Part shown: piece by piece, positions 61,155-64,000 of the stretch
Layout: each line of letters starts with the position of its first letter
Position numbering within the stretch: the stretch's first letter is position 1
Assembly (NCBI GenBank): GCA_004431415.1
Contig: QPMI01000198.1
Coordinates: forward strand, 62,001-126,000
Length of the DNA stretch: 64,000 nt
Direction of reading: 5' to 3'
DNA from: Cyanophora paradoxa CCMP329
Lineage: Eukaryota > Plantae > Glaucophyta
Notes under the pieces: model-generated
The model's input: the letters and a program-made list of their open reading frames with translations, nothing else
Told to the model about the DNA's origin: nothing
Database searches by the model: none
Position numbers and translations under genes: made by a program

Positions 61155-62711
61155 ATGGCAAGCAGCGGCATCTCGTGCCTCTCCTTTGCCCAGCGTGAGG
61201 ATGCGGAGAACCTGCCGCCCCTGCCGACCCCGCCCGGCGGAGTGTCGCGCCGTCGCCCCGCCGGCTCCCCCTCGCTCTCTGATCGCGTCCTGAACTTCTT
61301 CGAAAGGTGTGCTGTACCACCCGCTGCCGCCCGACGCGACGAGACTGAGTGCGGTGCCAGCATCCCGAAGCTTCTGGCGGAAGGCGACGCCAGCGGATCA
61401 TTCCTCTGCCCTGCCGGCATCGCGCGCGCTCCGCTCTGTAGGTGCGCCGACACCCTCTTCCGGCTGCTCGCGCTCACGCGGCGGCGCCAGTCTCGAGTGG
61501 CCGTGCAACGATCCGCATGCTTACAATCGAGAGCTGGAGCCGCGCGCGTCCCCTGCGCCTTCTTTTACAGACTGCGATGCGGTACATCTGCGAATAAGAG
61601 TGCGTCTTCTTGCCAAGTTGATTGAGACAGGATTCCTGCAGCCGACGCGTGGCGCAGACCCGGACGCTGCTCTCCACTGTCGGCGCCGGCCTCGCATCGA
61701 CGAGGGCAGCGCTCGGCGAGCTCGGCTTCTTCTCGCACTTCGACGGAGCGTCGCTTCCGCAGCTCGACTGGACGCAGGCGGAGGGCCGGCCCCTGCCGCA
61801 GCTCATCGAGGGCGTGCGGGGTCTGCAGAAGGAGCTCCGCTTCCTGCGGGTGGCCGTCACCGGTGTCAGCCCCTGCGGAGAGAGCGCGCAGAGCGCGGAG
61901 GCTGCGCTCGAGGATGCGGTCCTGGAGCTGGTGCCTGTGATCTTGTCTGTGTCCGCAAGCTGCCTGCCTCGCACTCACGGTTGCTCCGCAGGCCGAGGCC
62001 CAGCAGCTTGCGGAAGCGACGGATGATGAGGCGGCGCGAGTACAGTCGCAGCGATTGCGCCTCGCCGCCATCGAGCGCATCCTCGCATCTCCTTCGAAGG
62101 GTGCGCTCGCTCATTTCGAGGCCAACCCGTCCTGAGCCTTCAGCAGACCACGGCCCCGTCGCTCTATCGACCCGCCTCGAAGCCCGCCGATGGTGCCACC
62201 TCGCCGAGACCGTGCGCGCTCCTGCCCGACGCCTTTCTCTGTGACTTCAACAAAGCATGCAGGTCCTTCGCCGAGGCCGGGCCCTTGCGCAAGCAGGCCC
62301 CGCCTGCTTCACTTCCGCGCCCTTTTTGTACCCCCTCGTCTCCTGCCCCGCCCTCGCCCTCTCAGAGGCCCCGTTCTTTGCCGGTGAGCTCCCCGCGTGC
62401 CGCGCCGCCTCCCAGCCCTCACGAGCAAGCAGAGCTCGTGCCGCACGCCGCGTCCGCCGAGCTCTGCCTCGCCATCTTCGTCCTGCACCACTGGCTGCTT
62501 GCCCAGGGGCCCGGCTTCGACCTGCTCGTGCCGGCGGCGGTGCCGCTCACCCCGCGGCTGGCGGCGATGCACGAGCTGCTCCGCATGGCCGTCGACGAGC
62601 TCGACAGGCGGTCCGCCCCCGGCTCCCAGCTCGCCCCCTCGCGCCGGAGCTGAGCCCTCTGAATTGAGTCCCAGACGCTCCCGCCACTTCACCGACGTCC
62701 CGCGGGTCTGA
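61155..62711 (+). CDS. Hypothetical helical protein
   Basis: Chain of coding-like exons with GT/GC-AG introns (LSDRVLNFFE, LIEGVRGLQKELRFL, LCLAIFVLHHWLL). No domain recognised. Confidence 0.55.
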
Positions 62712-63002
62712 ATGTTTCCCCTCCCCTCCCCTGATTAGCCTCTTGAATTTAAAAACCCCCCTCTTTAGCTTTCTCCCCCCTCCTCCCCCTCCCCCATCGC
62801 CACATCCCCACCCCCTGAAAACCCCTCACCCCTCTCCCCCTCCCCGAGTTCAACGTCTCACTTCAACTGCAGAAATCTCTGCCCAGCGCCGCGTTACAAG
62901 ATCGCATCCGCGGAATCGCAGGCCGGTCCCAGTCCAGGGTGATTTCTGAATCAAACCAGCGCGCGAATCGAAAGCTCAGATCACAGTGCTCCCCAGGACG
63001 CG

Positions 63003-63483
63003 ATGGCGGAGGTCGAAGCACAGCGACGACTCTGGCTCCAGTCCGAGGCCGCCGCCGCCGCGTCGGGGCCCCGCGACCCCCGTGCGTCAGAATTCGTTGC
63101 GGATGTCTGATTCAATCTCTTAATGCTGTCGGTGCAGTCGGGTGGCGCGGCTCGCAGGCAGCGGCGGCAGGGGCGTGCTTTCGGGACAGAGGCACGGGCC
63201 TCCTACGCCGCTCCATCCTCACCTCGCTTGCAGCGCTCCGCGTGCGCTCATGTTGCGCGCTTTCGTCCCCGTCGGCTCACTCTTCGTTTTTCTCACAGGA
63301 CTCGGATCCCGAGGCGTTGCGCGTCATCAGCCAGCACGGCCCTCAGGCGCTTCCCTGCCTCGCCGTGCACGGAAAGGTCGGCTGCCGTTCCAGTTCTGTC
63401 GACTGCACCCGCTGATGTGCGCGCAGAGGTTCCTCGACATTGTGGCTGCGTATGTAGGCCAGTTTGAAGAAAGTAGGCCATGA
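63003..63483 (+). CDS. Short hypothetical gene, possibly truncated
   Basis: MAEVEAQRRLWLQSE plus three further short exons with GT-AG introns, ending at TGA just before a hairpin/G-rich region. Confidence 0.4.
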
Positions 63484-63574
63484 GATAATTGTCGGCGGCG
63501 CTTCAGTAATGATCAGTGGCTGAGTGACTGATCATGGTCGTGTCTGGCCCGCAGCTTAAGGGGGCAGTTAAGCC

Positions 63575-63665
63575 TGGGGGGGGGGGGGGGGGGGGGGGGG
63601 GAGGAGGAGGAGGAGGAGAGGGGGGGGGGCCGGAGGGGGGGACTGCGGCCGGGGGGGCCGGGGGA
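63575..63665 (+). repeat. Poly-G / GGA low-complexity tract
   Basis: Run of ~27 G followed by (GGA)n and more G runs. Similar homopolymers occur at 13421-13450 and ~16150-16168. Confidence 0.9.
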
Positions 63666-64000
63666 GCTTCAATTTGGGCTCGGCGGGGCCCATCACCATC
63701 GCGCCGCGGCGAGTCCGGGCCCGATCCACATGGCCGCTGCCGGCCGGGGGCGGGGTCCGGATCCTGGACTCGGGCCCGGGGGATTCGGAGATCTAGAGCC
63801 CTCGGAGCTTTGAATTTTGCACTGGCGATATCGATCATCGATATCCCGGAGTCCGATGCCCGGAGGCCGGGGCCATGATATCGATGGCCGCGGGCCCATC
63901 CTGGCAGGGCCATGGGCCAGGTTCAGCGGTCTTCAGACCGTCGGACTCTCAGAGTCTGCCAAGCTGACTCAGGCTCTAGATCGATATCTATAGCTACGTA

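Overview
Gene-dense, GC-rich eukaryotic nuclear DNA with many short (~55-75 nt) spliceosomal introns, so the ORF track is mostly fragments or antisense noise. All gene models here were assembled by eye. Plastid-targeted proteins with Phe near the N-terminus (MAF-, MFA-, MLGF-) suggest a glaucophyte such as Cyanophora (inference). Contents in order: an intron-containing Ginger2/KRBA2-type DDE transposon with a young 3.2 kb LTR-like element inside one of its introns; a plastid Rossmann-fold protein; a PGLP-like HAD phosphatase; CURT1; an LCIB-family carbonic anhydrase-like protein ending in a K-Ras-like CaaX box, head-to-head with a CHASE4/HAMP adenylate cyclase; a PH-like hypothetical; a bacterial-type Ser/Thr kinase with a downstream R-SNARE motif; a coiled-coil gene present twice as a ~3.4 kb inverted duplication; a MORN1-like gene; a Myb-domain gene; NTRC; ZFPL1; a giant lower-GC type I surface protein (CUB plus Kre9-like repeats); a Tubby-like gene; and hypotheticals. 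No rRNA, tRNA or CRISPR was recognised.
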